A stretch of 38,534 nt of DNA from a virus (Duplodnaviria; Caudoviricetes): positions 1-38,534 of IMG/VR virus record IMGVR_UViG_3300020156_000059. One strand, given 5' to 3'. The notes beneath the pieces were generated by a model. That model did no database searches and had not been told where the DNA came from. It saw nothing but the letters and a program-made list of their open reading frames with translations. The position numbers and the translations under genes were made by a program. Numbering within the stretch: the first letter of the stretch is position 1; each line of letters begins with the position of its first letter. Shown in pieces: positions 1-8,788 of the stretch.

Positions 1-534
1 AACGCTGAGAAGCCCACGCCCGGAGAGAAGGCGGCCCCAGGCCGCCCGACGCTCTACACCGAGCCCGTTGTGCGCGAGATCCTTGAGCGCCTGATGGATG
101 GCCAGAGCATGCGCCGCATCTGCGCGGATGATCACATGCCGTCGCGGTCCACGGTGCTCGATTGGCTGGAGGAGCATGAGGATTTCCGGGCCAAGTGCGC
201 GCGTGCGCGAGAGGTCCAGGCCCACGACTACGCCGCTGAGACCATCGAGATTGCCGACGATGACCGCCACGATTGGGCGCCGGTGCACAATGCCGACGGC
301 GAGCTGGTCGGCGTGAAGGTCGATGGCGACCACATCAAGCGCTCGGCCCTCCGGGTGTCGAGCCGACAGTGGTATGCCGCCAAGCTCGCGCCCAAGAAGT
401 ATGGCGACAGCGTCCAGCTCAAGCACGCGGACGCCGACGGCAACAACCCGCCGGCCCACGATGACACCGCGGCAGCCGCACGTCTTGCGGCCATCCTGGC
501 TGACGTTCAGCGCCGCGTCGGTGGGGAAGGCTGA
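1..534 (+). CDS. terS: Terminase small subunit (5'-truncated; frame open from base 1)
   Basis: Frame 1 reads NAEKPTPGEKAAPGRPTLYTEPVVREILERLMDGQSMRRIC..MPSRSTVLDWL and later RQWYAAKLAPKKYGD, typical of Sf6 gp1-like TerS; lies upstream of terL. Confidence 0.88.
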   Translation, partial: NAEKPTPGEKAAPGRPTLYTEPVVREILERLMDGQSMRRICADDHMPSRSTVLDWLEEHEDFRAKCARAREVQAHDYAAETIEIADDDRHDWAPVHNADGELVGVKVDGDHIKRSALRVSSRQWYAAKLAPKKYGDSVQLKHADADGNNPPAHDDTAAAARLAAILADVQRRVGGEG

Positions 535-833
535 TGTGGCCCGCCTACCGCACACCGCATGAGACTGAGCTGCTCGGCGCGGCCCTGGCCCGCGGCGAGC
601 TGGCGAGGACTGGCGGCGTGCCCGCTTGCGGCGCGCTCCACGCGGTAGCCTCCAGGCTGCGGGCATTCGAGACCCTGTGCCCGAACCTGCCGCTGTCCCG
701 CATCATCACGATCGCTGAAGCCGACAGGCGGTCTGACATCCGCGTCGTCCTCGATGACCTGGGCGCGCCTCTGCTGATCCTTGCCGCCGCGACGGCCGCC
801 TTGGGCTTGCTCGCCCACCAACTAGCCAACTGA
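534..833 (+). CDS. Hypothetical protein with C-terminal hydrophobic anchor (99 aa)
   Basis: TGATG coupling to terS; C-terminal PLLILAAATAALGLLA segment. Confidence 0.6.
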   Translation: MWPAYRTPHETELLGAALARGELARTGGVPACGALHAVASRLRAFETLCPNLPLSRIITIAEADRRSDIRVVLDDLGAPLLILAAATAALGLLAHQLAN

Positions 834-848
834 CTGAAGGAGGCCGCT

Positions 849-1325
849 ATGGAACTACACCCCGACATCGCCGCGCAGCTGCACAAGATGCCAGAGCCGG
901 AGCGGACCCGCGTTTGCGACTTCATCCGCATCCTCAAGGCCAGCGATCCTGCGTCCGCCTCCAACTCGAGGCCGGGAGCGCTGACGATCGCCCCAAGATG
1001 CCGCACCGTCATTCTGCGCCCGGAGCCGTGCACCGCCCTGCATTACGTCGCCACCTACGTCAACGATCTGGGCGAAGAGCACTACCTGGCGCTCGGCCGA
1101 AGCGAGGAGAATGATCTGAGCATCGCAGGAGCCGCGAACACGGTCGTTGCGATGGATCATCCGATCGCCCGCTCCTACCGGTTCTACAGGGAGGAACCCG
1201 ACTCGGGGCGCTTCGGCTTCATCGGGGAGAGCGAGCAGCCGGTGTTCGTGGATCGCAACTACATCCCCGACCTCTCCCGCGAGCCGCCGCTCAGCGGGCT
1301 CCTCTCGAAGAGGGCGGCGGCGTGA
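849..1325 (+). CDS. Stand-alone paralogue of a tail-nozzle domain (158 aa)
   Basis: AAGGAGG RBS; C-terminal half aligns with the 14024..15826 product (YVxTxVN, ENDL, YR, FGFIG, DRNYIPDLS..PP). Confidence 0.8.
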   Translation: MELHPDIAAQLHKMPEPERTRVCDFIRILKASDPASASNSRPGALTIAPRCRTVILRPEPCTALHYVATYVNDLGEEHYLALGRSEENDLSIAGAANTVVAMDHPIARSYRFYREEPDSGRFGFIGESEQPVFVDRNYIPDLSREPPLSGLLSKRAAA

Positions 1326-1630
1326 GCGAGCCCAAGGTTTACCTGGTGGCGGGGGGGAGCTTCGGCCCCTTCTACATCGCCACGGCGGTCGTGGGCGGGG
1401 TCGAACAGTATCTCGCCCGCGGGCACGCACCATCAGCCTACACGGGCGCGGACAAGGCCATCGTCGCGCCTGAGCGCGCCGATGCCACGGCCTACCGCTT
1501 CTATCGGCTGCAAGGCGGCCGTCTGGGGCTGATCGGCGAGAGCGAGACGCCCGCCTTCATCGACAACGTCCCCGCGGCGGACACGGACACACCGCCGCCG
1601 CTTGAGCTGTTGGAGGCGATAGACGCATGA
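1322..1630 (+). CDS. Second stand-alone paralogue of the same nozzle domain (102 aa)
   Basis: GTGA overlap; FYIATAV..YRFYR..LGLIGESE..FIDN..TPPP matches both the 849 ORF and the nozzle domain. Confidence 0.75.
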   Translation: MSEPKVYLVAGGSFGPFYIATAVVGGVEQYLARGHAPSAYTGADKAIVAPERADATAYRFYRLQGGRLGLIGESETPAFIDNVPAADTDTPPPLELLEAIDA

Positions 1631-1797
1631 GCGGTCGCGCCTTCATGCGGTGGCTGGTGAGCCCCCTGATCGCTAGCGCAATGGTTCGGCTGGGCGTTGA
1701 CGTGACTACAGCAGTTCTCATCGGGATGGCCTGCTGGTGTGCGCTGGAAGGGCTTGCTCCGACTGTCCAGGCCACCGAGCGCAAGGCTAACGCCTGA
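1627..1797 (+). CDS. Small hydrophobic protein (56 aa, MSGRAFMRWLVSPLIASAMVRLGVDVTTAVLIGMACWCALEG...)
   Basis: ATGA overlap with the upstream ORF and TGATG overlap with terL; fills the gap exactly. Confidence 0.6.
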   Translation: MSGRAFMRWLVSPLIASAMVRLGVDVTTAVLIGMACWCALEGLAPTVQATERKANA

Positions 1798-3374
1798 TGC
1801 TTACCCAGGACGTTGCCCGGCTCTTGCCGCACATGACGCCGGAGGAGCGCGCTGAAGTGAACGCCCTGCTCGCGGTCGACAAGGCTGCGCGGGTATGGCG
1901 TCCGCTGCCTGGGCCCCAGACCGACGCCTACGCGTCCGAGGCGGACATCATCGGCTATGGCGGCGCGGCCGGCGGCGGCAAGACGGACCTGATGTGCGGT
2001 TCCGCGCTCACGAAGCACAAACGGGCGATCATCTTCCGGCGGGAGGCTCCGCAGCTGCTCGGCATCACTGACCGGCTCGGCGAGCTTCTCGGGTCGAAGG
2101 ATGGCTTCAACAGTCAGGAGAAGGTTTGGCGTCTGCCCGATCGGCAACTCGAGTTCGGATCTGTGCCGCACGCGGGCGACGAGAAGCGCTATCAGGGCAG
2201 GCCGCACGACTTCATCGGCTTCGACGAGGCGACGAACCTGTTGGAGTCGCAGGTGCGCTTCCTCCTGGGCTGGCTGCGGACCACGGAGCCCGGCCAGCGG
2301 TGTCAGGCCCTGCTCACCTTCAACCCGCCTACGGACGCTGAAGGCCGATGGGTCATCAGCTTCTTCGCGCCGTGGCTCGACGACAAGCACCCGAACCCCG
2401 CCAGGCCGGGTGAGCTGCGTTGGTTCGCCACCGTGAAGGGGAAGGACTTGGAAGTGCCTGACGGCTCGCCCTTCGTGCTGATCGGCGGCAGGCGCGTCAC
2501 GATGTTCGATCCTGACGAGCACCTCCCGGAAGAGATCATCACGCCGTTGAGCAGGACGTTCATCCCGTCGCGCGTCAACGACAACCCCTTCCTCACGTCC
2601 ACCGGCTACATGGCCCAGCTCCAGAGCCTGCCGGAGCCCCTGCGCTCACAGATGCTGAAGGGCGACTTCATGGCCGGGGCGGAGGATGACCCGTGGCAGG
2701 TGATCCCGACCCTCTGGATAGACCAGGCGATGGCCCGCTGGCAGGAGAAGGACGCCAAGGGTCCAATGGACAGCCTGGGCGTGGACGTCGCGGCCGGCGG
2801 CGCGGACAAGTTCACGATGTGCCCGCGACACGGCACATGGTTCGACCGGGTCATCGCTATCGAGGGCAAGGAGATCACGGAGCCCGCCGTGGGCTTTGGC
2901 CGGATCATGACCGTCCTGCGCGATCGGGCGCCCATTCACATCGACGTCGTCGGCTGGGGAGCCGGCCCCTACGCCCTGCTCCGGGATAATCAGCTGCAGG
3001 TGATCGCGGTCAACGGCGCGAGCAAGGCCGTGACCGGCAAGTCGCTCGAAGGCGAGCTGCCGTTCTTCAACCGCCGTGCGGAGACGTGGTGGCGACTGCG
3101 CGAGGCGCTTGGCCCCATGAACCCGCATCCGATGGCGCTACCCCCTGATCCGGAGTTGCGGGCGGATCTGGCCGCGCCTCGCTGGAAGATGGCGCCCGGC
3201 GGTGGCGGCATCCAGGTCGAGAGCAAGGACGACATCAGGAAGCGCATCGGCCGCTCACCGGACAAGGGCGACGCCGTCGTCCTGGCCAACATGAGCACGC
3301 CCAAGCGCGCTCTCCGGAGCCCAACGCAGATGGCCGTCGGAGCCGCCTACGACCCCTTCAAGGACATCATGTAG
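1797..3374 (+). CDS. terL: Terminase large subunit
   Basis: Walker A GYGGAAGGGKT, Walker B FIGFDEA, TFNP coupling motif, nuclease motifs LGVDVA and SPDKGDA. Confidence 0.96.
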   Translation: MLTQDVARLLPHMTPEERAEVNALLAVDKAARVWRPLPGPQTDAYASEADIIGYGGAAGGGKTDLMCGSALTKHKRAIIFRREAPQLLGITDRLGELLGSKDGFNSQEKVWRLPDRQLEFGSVPHAGDEKRYQGRPHDFIGFDEATNLLESQVRFLLGWLRTTEPGQRCQALLTFNPPTDAEGRWVISFFAPWLDDKHPNPARPGELRWFATVKGKDLEVPDGSPFVLIGGRRVTMFDPDEHLPEEIITPLSRTFIPSRVNDNPFLTSTGYMAQLQSLPEPLRSQMLKGDFMAGAEDDPWQVIPTLWIDQAMARWQEKDAKGPMDSLGVDVAAGGADKFTMCPRHGTWFDRVIAIEGKEITEPAVGFGRIMTVLRDRAPIHIDVVGWGAGPYALLRDNQLQVIAVNGASKAVTGKSLEGELPFFNRRAETWWRLREALGPMNPHPMALPPDPELRADLAAPRWKMAPGGGGIQVESKDDIRKRIGRSPDKGDAVVLANMSTPKRALRSPTQMAVGAAYDPFKDIM

Positions 3375-3377
3375 CCG

Positions 3378-3779
3378 ATGCTAGACAAGCTCTTCAGGTC
3401 ATCTCCGCCGCCCGATTTGCTCGGTGCATATGCGAGCCGCACGGCCATGACGAACAGCTTCGCGGAACAGCAGCGGCAAGCGATTGAGCCAGAGCACGCC
3501 CGCCGTGTAGCGGAGTGGGAGGCGAACGACGCCGAGTTCCGCCCGGTCTGGGACGATAGCCAGCTGCGCTGGCGCATCCAGCGTCGCGGCTCGCGCCCCG
3601 ATCTGATCCGCTTCGGACCCGGATGGATGCCGACAGGCGGTCCCGCACTCTTGGACCGCGCGGGCTTTGACACGCGGGAGCAGGCCCAGGCATGGATAGA
3701 TCGGCAACTCGAGGAGCGTGAACGGGCGCGCGCCTCGGGCGACGTCCTGCCCGTGTTCGTGATGACCTGGAGGATGTGA
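3378..3779 (+). CDS. Hypothetical protein (133 aa)
   Basis: Starts 4 nt after terL; normal composition; no recognisable motif. Confidence 0.6.
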   Translation: MLDKLFRSSPPPDLLGAYASRTAMTNSFAEQQRQAIEPEHARRVAEWEANDAEFRPVWDDSQLRWRIQRRGSRPDLIRFGPGWMPTGGPALLDRAGFDTREQAQAWIDRQLEERERARASGDVLPVFVMTWRM

Positions 3780-3887
3780 TGACCGCGCGAGAGATTGATA
3801 CTGGCTGGGTGAGCAGATGCCCGGATCGAATAAACGCTATCGTTTATCGGGAGACCTTCAACGGCATCGTTCGGCCCTGATCGTTCA

Positions 3888-3916
3888 TTGACGCGTCGCG
3901 CGAAGGGGCTGACACT
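3888..3916 (+). promoter_or_regulatory. Putative sigma70-type promoter
   Basis: TTGACG (3888-3893), 17-nt spacer, GACACT (3911-3916). Confidence 0.45.
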
Positions 3917-3922
3917 AGCCTA

Positions 3923-4020
3923 TCTACCGGGCTTGCCAGCCCGGCGGCTTGGCAGAGCCGAAAGTTCACGGGTCTCCTTTCCCTTTCCGGGTTCAGGTTT
4001 AGCGACCTGAACCCGGTTCC
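3923..4020 (+). ncRNA. Candidate structured small RNA
   Basis: Hairpins at 3927-3944 and 3945-3960 with complementary loops, CU-rich tract, and a perfect 12-bp stem at 3987-4016, downstream of a putative promoter. Confidence 0.4.
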
Positions 4021-4038
4021 GTGTGAGGCTTCCATCGC

Positions 4039-4058
4039 GAGCGAAGTATCGGATCATC
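4039..4058 (+). promoter_or_regulatory. Conserved 20-bp late-gene element, copy 1 (GAGCGAAGTATCGGATCATC)
   Basis: Identical copies at 12667-12686 and 28072-28091, all intergenic and in the same orientation before gene blocks. Confidence 0.8.
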
Positions 4059-4093
4059 CTTCGGCAACGCAGCCGAACCGGACCTCGCCGCCC

Positions 4094-4288
4094 ATGTGCA
4101 TCAGCACTCCCAAGGTTCCCCCACCGCTCCCGCCTCGCCAAGCCCCGAAGATGGCTGACCCCAACTCGGTGCGCGAGAACGCGGAGGCGATGCAGCGTCG
4201 GCGCTTCGGCATGGCCGCCACGGTGCTCACCGGGCCCGGCGGGCTGGCTCCCGCCGCCACGACCGGCAAGAGCCTCCTGGGGCAGTAA
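4094..4288 (+). CDS. Small pre-portal protein (64 aa)
   Basis: MC..PKVPPP...ATVLTGPGG...KSLLGQ pattern is typical of the small gene before the portal in this phage group; TAATG coupling. Confidence 0.75.
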   Translation: MCISTPKVPPPLPPRQAPKMADPNSVRENAEAMQRRRFGMAATVLTGPGGLAPAATTGKSLLGQ

Positions 4289-6012
4289 TGGCCTTCGACC
4301 GCGCCGAGTATGAGAAGGGCGGCCACCGCGACCTCAAGCTCCGTGAGCGCTTGGATCGGACGCTCGCGGGAATGCGAGCCGACCGCGGCGACTATGAACC
4401 GCACTGGCAGGAGCTCGAGCGGTTCTGTCTGTCACGCAGCTCGGGCTACCTGACCGGCTCATCCTCGGGGCGGACGCCGGGCGGCCGCAACCGGAGTCGT
4501 CTGAACCCGAAGCTTCTGGACGGCGAGGCGGTGCGCTCTGCCGAGATCCTGTCGAGCGGCATGGCGTCGGGCCTGACCTCGCCCTCTACGCCCTGGTTCA
4601 CCCTGACCACGGAAGACCCTGACCTTAAGGAGTTCCAGACGGTCAAGGAGTGGTTGGACGACACGAAAAACCGCATCTACAGCTTCCTAGCCCGCACGGC
4701 GTTCTATCCCTCCGTGAAGTCGGGCTATCGCGAGCTTGGCGTCTTCGGGACGGAAGCTTGCGTCATGACCAGCCACTGGCGGCATGGCGGGGCGACCTAT
4801 CCCCTGACAGCCGGCGAGTATTGGATCGCCCTGGACGACGCCCTCGTCGCCGACACGCTCTATCGGCGCGTGGATATGACCGTGAAGCAGGCCGTCGAGA
4901 AGTTCGGCGACAACGTCTCCACGAAGGTCATGGAGGACTACGACAAGGGCAACTATGCCAACGCCGTCCGGATCATGCACGCGATCGAGCCGAACATGGA
5001 TCGCGTGCCCGGCCGCCGTGACGCCCGCAACAAGGCGTTCCGCTCGATCTATTGGGAAGAGACCGACGAGAAGGACCGCATCCTCGCGATCGAGGGCTTC
5101 GACGAGCGGCCGTTCTGGGCCCCACGATGGGACACGGTAGGGACTGAGACCTACGGCTCAAGCTCGCCCGGCATGAACGCCCTGTCCGATGTGAAGGGGC
5201 TGCAGGCGGAGAAGCTCCGGAAGCACCAGGCGATGGACTACCTGGTGCGGCCCGCTCTGGCGGGCCCGACGGCGCTGACCCACACGCACGCGAACCTGAT
5301 GCCGGGGACCATCACGACGCTGACCGCGGACGTCGACAAGTTCCGCGCCATCTGGGACGTGAACCCGGCCGCCATTCCGAACATCAGCGCCTCCATCCAG
5401 GAGACGAAGCAGGACGTCCGCTCGGCGTTCTTCGTCGAGCTCTTCTTGGCGATCACGATGATGCCCGGCGTGCAGCCCCGGAACATCGAGGAGATCGCGC
5501 GACGGAACGAGGAGAAGCTCACCCAGCTCGGCCCCGTCGTCGACCGCGTGCAGAACGAGAAGCTCCGCGTCGCCGTCGAGCGGGCGTTCAACATTCTCGC
5601 CAGCACCCGCCAGCTCGCGCCGCCTCCGCCGGAGCTGCAGGGCGTGGACATCAAGATCGAGTTCGTCTCGGTGCTTGCCCAGGCGCAACGCATGATCGGC
5701 GTGGGCGCCATCGAGCGCGCCCTCTCCTTCACCGGCAACCTGCTCGCCGCCTTCCCTGAGCTGAAAGACAAGGTCGACGCCGACCAAGCCGCCGACGAAT
5801 ACTATGAGCGTCTCGGCGTGCCGGCGCGCATGACGCGCTCCGATGAAGCCGTTGCAGAGATCCGGGCCGCGCGCGCTGCCCAGCAACAGGCTCAACAGAT
5901 GGCGCAGATGGCCCAGCCGATGCGGGACGTGGCGACCGCCGGGAAGCTGCTGGCTGAGACGGACGCTGGCAACGGCGAGAGCATGTTGCAGCGCCTCGGG
6001 GTTGGCGGCTGA
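4288..6012 (+). CDS. Portal (head-tail connector) protein, Bbp21-like
   Basis: 574 aa; SGMASGLTSPSTPWF, APRW..YG.SPG, RNEEKLTQLGPV motifs; follows terminase. Confidence 0.93.
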   Translation: MAFDRAEYEKGGHRDLKLRERLDRTLAGMRADRGDYEPHWQELERFCLSRSSGYLTGSSSGRTPGGRNRSRLNPKLLDGEAVRSAEILSSGMASGLTSPSTPWFTLTTEDPDLKEFQTVKEWLDDTKNRIYSFLARTAFYPSVKSGYRELGVFGTEACVMTSHWRHGGATYPLTAGEYWIALDDALVADTLYRRVDMTVKQAVEKFGDNVSTKVMEDYDKGNYANAVRIMHAIEPNMDRVPGRRDARNKAFRSIYWEETDEKDRILAIEGFDERPFWAPRWDTVGTETYGSSSPGMNALSDVKGLQAEKLRKHQAMDYLVRPALAGPTALTHTHANLMPGTITTLTADVDKFRAIWDVNPAAIPNISASIQETKQDVRSAFFVELFLAITMMPGVQPRNIEEIARRNEEKLTQLGPVVDRVQNEKLRVAVERAFNILASTRQLAPPPPELQGVDIKIEFVSVLAQAQRMIGVGAIERALSFTGNLLAAFPELKDKVDADQAADEYYERLGVPARMTRSDEAVAEIRAARAAQQQAQQMAQMAQPMRDVATAGKLLAETDAGNGESMLQRLGVGG

Positions 6013-6356
6013 TGAGCGACCGCCCCAAGATCACCATGCACGAGCTTCGCCAGCGCACCTTCCGCGCTGACCTGAAGAACCTGCTGCAGACCAGCGCAGC
6101 CTTCCGCCGTTTCGTGTGGACTATCCTGAGCGAAGCCCGCATCTTTTACCCTGCGACTGCCGGGACGTCGCACGAGACCACGATCAACGTGGGTCGTCAG
6201 TCCCTGGGGTTGGAAGTGCTGCACATGCTCAAGCACGCTGAGCCTAGCGTCCTCGCGATCCTGGAACAGGAAGGGGATTTGCTGGCGGAAGACGTCAAGC
6301 GAGCGGCTGTGGCCCCACATCCAGGAGAAACTGATGACGACCGTGAACACCCGTAA
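6012..6356 (+). CDS. Bbp19-like protein
   Basis: DLKNLL..FRRFVW.IL..GRQSLGL pattern; conserved position between portal and scaffold. Confidence 0.75.
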   Translation: MSDRPKITMHELRQRTFRADLKNLLQTSAAFRRFVWTILSEARIFYPATAGTSHETTINVGRQSLGLEVLHMLKHAEPSVLAILEQEGDLLAEDVKRAAVAPHPGETDDDREHP

Positions 6357-7233
6357 AGCCCCCTCTCTGCTCGACTCCGCCAGCGCGACCGCGCTGCTCG
6401 GCCGCATGACCCCTGCCGAACGTGCGGCGGGCCGCTTCATGCGCGCCCCCGATGGCCACGAAGGCGGTGATGGTGCCGGTGCTGGCGGTGCGGGTGAAGG
6501 CGCTGCGGACGGTGGTGCGCAAGGCGCGGCCGGCGGTGCTGAAGGCGGCGACAAGGGAGCAGGCGGAGACGCCGGCGCCCAAGGCGAAGGACAAGGCGAT
6601 GGCGCGAGCGGGCAGGATGATCCGCTCGCCAAGGCTTCCCTCCTGGGCGAAGGCGGCAAGGCCGCTGACGCTGGGGGCGAAGGGGGCGCTGAAGGCGAGG
6701 GCGAGGCTGCGGCTGTCGAGGTCAAGTTCGACGTGGCCAGCCTCGCCCCGCCTGAAGGCTTCGAGGCGCTCGATCAGGCCGCTCTGAAGGATGCCGCGCC
6801 GATCCTGGCGGCCCTCGGCGTGGACACGACCGAGAAGGCGCAGGACACCATCAACAAGTTCGCTCCGGTCATCGCCGGCATGGTGGAGCGCGCCACGGCC
6901 GCCCGGCAGGCGGAGTTCACGCAGCAAATCGTCGAGACGCGCGGCCGTTGGGCTGATGAAGCCCGCGCGGACCCGGAGCTTGGCGGCACGCAAGACAAGT
7001 TCGCTGAGAACATGACGCACGCGGCTCGCTTCCGCGACGAGTTCGGCACGCCCGAGCTCACGGCTGTTCTCGACGAAACGGGCCTCGGCAATCACCCCGA
7101 GTTCATCCGCCTCTTCGTGAGGGGCGGTCGGGCGATCGGCGAAGGCACGTTCCACCGCTCCACCACCGCTGCGGTGGAGAAGAAGACCCCCGGTCAACGG
7201 GCCTACGACCCCGCGTTTTCCCCCAAGGAGTAG
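6334..7233 (+). CDS. Capsid scaffolding protein
   Basis: Gly/Ala/acidic N-terminal region, C-terminal DPELGG and TGLGNHPEFIR motifs; directly before the capsid gene. Confidence 0.82.
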   Translation: MTTVNTRKAPSLLDSASATALLGRMTPAERAAGRFMRAPDGHEGGDGAGAGGAGEGAADGGAQGAAGGAEGGDKGAGGDAGAQGEGQGDGASGQDDPLAKASLLGEGGKAADAGGEGGAEGEGEAAAVEVKFDVASLAPPEGFEALDQAALKDAAPILAALGVDTTEKAQDTINKFAPVIAGMVERATAARQAEFTQQIVETRGRWADEARADPELGGTQDKFAENMTHAARFRDEFGTPELTAVLDETGLGNHPEFIRLFVRGGRAIGEGTFHRSTTAAVEKKTPGQRAYDPAFSPKE

Positions 7234-7297
7234 CGCTTAGACTTCCCCCTACGAGCGTCGCGATGACGCCCGAGCCCTTAGATGGAGCCTTTTTCAG

Positions 7298-8314
7298 ATG
7301 GCCGTTCGCAACGCCACTATCCCCACGCTGACTGACGTGGTCACCGGCCTGAACCCCAACGGGACGCAGGCGGACATCGCGGAGATCCTGACCCAGGACA
7401 ACCCGATGCTCGAAGACGCCGCGGTGAAGGAGGGCAACCTCGTCACCGGCAACCGCATCACGGTTCGCACCAGCAAGCCGACCGTCGGCTGGCGCCGCCT
7501 GAACCAAGGCGTCCCGAGCAGCAAGGGCACGTCTTCGCAAGTCGACGAAGCCTCGGCGCTGCTGGAGGGCCGCCACCAGGTGGACCGTGAGCTGGCGATC
7601 CTGTCGGGCAACCCGGCGGAGTATCGCTGGGCGCAAGGCCGTCCCTTCATCGAGTCGATGAACGACGAGGCCGCGGAAACGATCTTCTACGGCAACAGCA
7701 ATTTCAACGACACGGAGTTCACCGGGTTGGCGCCGCGCTTCAACGAGCTGGCCAATTCCCAGGTGATCGACGGCGGCGGCACGGGCACGGACAACCGCTC
7801 CATCTGGCTCATCGGCTGGCACCCGGAGAAGGTCTCGCTGATCTACCCGAAGGGCACGACCGGCGGCCTGAACCACTTCGACGCGACCGCCAACAAGGCG
7901 ATCGGCGAAGACGGCTTCCCCATCGGCGACGAGGTCGCTGACGAGGACGGCAACACCTACATGGCCTACAAGGACCGCTGGATTTGGCGGCTGGGCCTGT
8001 CGGTCGAAGACCCGCGCTTCGTCGTCCGCATCGCCAACATCGACGTGTCTCTCCTGTCGAAGGACGCATCCACCGGCGCCGACATCCAGGATCTGATGAT
8101 CCAGGCGGAAGACAAGATCAAAAGCCTCCAGGGCGTGAACGCCGCCTTCTACGTCCCCGGTCAGGTCAGCTCGATGCTGCGCCGCCAGCTGGTGACCCAG
8201 AAGTCGGCCTACATGAACTGGGGCCAGATCGGCGGCAAGCAGGTCACGATGTTCGGCGAGACGCCGGTGCGCCGCGCCGATGCTCTGAACGTCGACGAAG
8301 ATCGCGTCGTCTAA
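7298..8314 (+). CDS. Major capsid protein (Bbp17-like)
   Basis: 338 aa; WRRLNQGV, IFYGN..FTGLAPRF, IDGGGTG.DN.SIWL, VVRIANID motifs; strongly biased codons. Confidence 0.94.
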   Translation: MAVRNATIPTLTDVVTGLNPNGTQADIAEILTQDNPMLEDAAVKEGNLVTGNRITVRTSKPTVGWRRLNQGVPSSKGTSSQVDEASALLEGRHQVDRELAILSGNPAEYRWAQGRPFIESMNDEAAETIFYGNSNFNDTEFTGLAPRFNELANSQVIDGGGTGTDNRSIWLIGWHPEKVSLIYPKGTTGGLNHFDATANKAIGEDGFPIGDEVADEDGNTYMAYKDRWIWRLGLSVEDPRFVVRIANIDVSLLSKDASTGADIQDLMIQAEDKIKSLQGVNAAFYVPGQVSSMLRRQLVTQKSAYMNWGQIGGKQVTMFGETPVRRADALNVDEDRVV

Positions 8315-8349
8315 TCGACCGGCCATGAACCCCTGAAGGGACAAGCGAA

Positions 8350-8781
8350 ATGTATACCGACCGCGAAAACCTCGCCTCTCTGGAACAGGCCGTCACCGCC
8401 ACGGCCGTCTCCACCGACTCCCTCCTGATCGGCGCCCGAGACCTCGGCCGCGGGCGAGCCCTGCGCGCCTTCGCCCAGGTCACGGAGACCGTTGCTGCAG
8501 CCGGCGCCGCCACCGTCAACATCGAGCTGATCGAGGCTGACGACGGCGCCCTGACCTCCAACGTCCGCGTGCTCGCCTCCACCGGCGCGCTGGGCAAGGC
8601 GGCCCTTCCCGACGGGACCCGCGTGCTCGACGTCTCGGTCCCGACGACCACGAAGCCCTACCTGGGCTTCCGCTACACGGTAGCCACGGGGCCGCTGACG
8701 GCGGGCAAGTTCACCGCCGGCCTGGTCTCCGACACGGAGTCGGCGCTCGACAACCGCCCCGCCTACCACACCCACTTCTAA
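8350..8781 (+). CDS. Capsid cement/decoration protein (Bbp16-like)
   Basis: 143 aa after MCP; QAVTATAVST, YLGFRYTV, TAGKFTAGLV motifs. Confidence 0.85.
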   Translation: MYTDRENLASLEQAVTATAVSTDSLLIGARDLGRGRALRAFAQVTETVAAAGAATVNIELIEADDGALTSNVRVLASTGALGKAALPDGTRVLDVSVPTTTKPYLGFRYTVATGPLTAGKFTAGLVSDTESALDNRPAYHTHF

Positions 8782-8788
8782 GGCAGAG

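Noticed and set aside
3779-3880. 33-aa ORF coupled to the 3378 gene, containing an ATAAACG/CGTTTAT inverted repeat
   Set aside because: Too short with atypical codons; cannot be supported as a gene without expression data.
6460-6710. GGC/GGT-rich repetitive DNA in the scaffold gene and CCG runs at 13890-13937
   Set aside because: Explained by Gly-rich and Pro-rich coding sequence, not independent tandem repeats.
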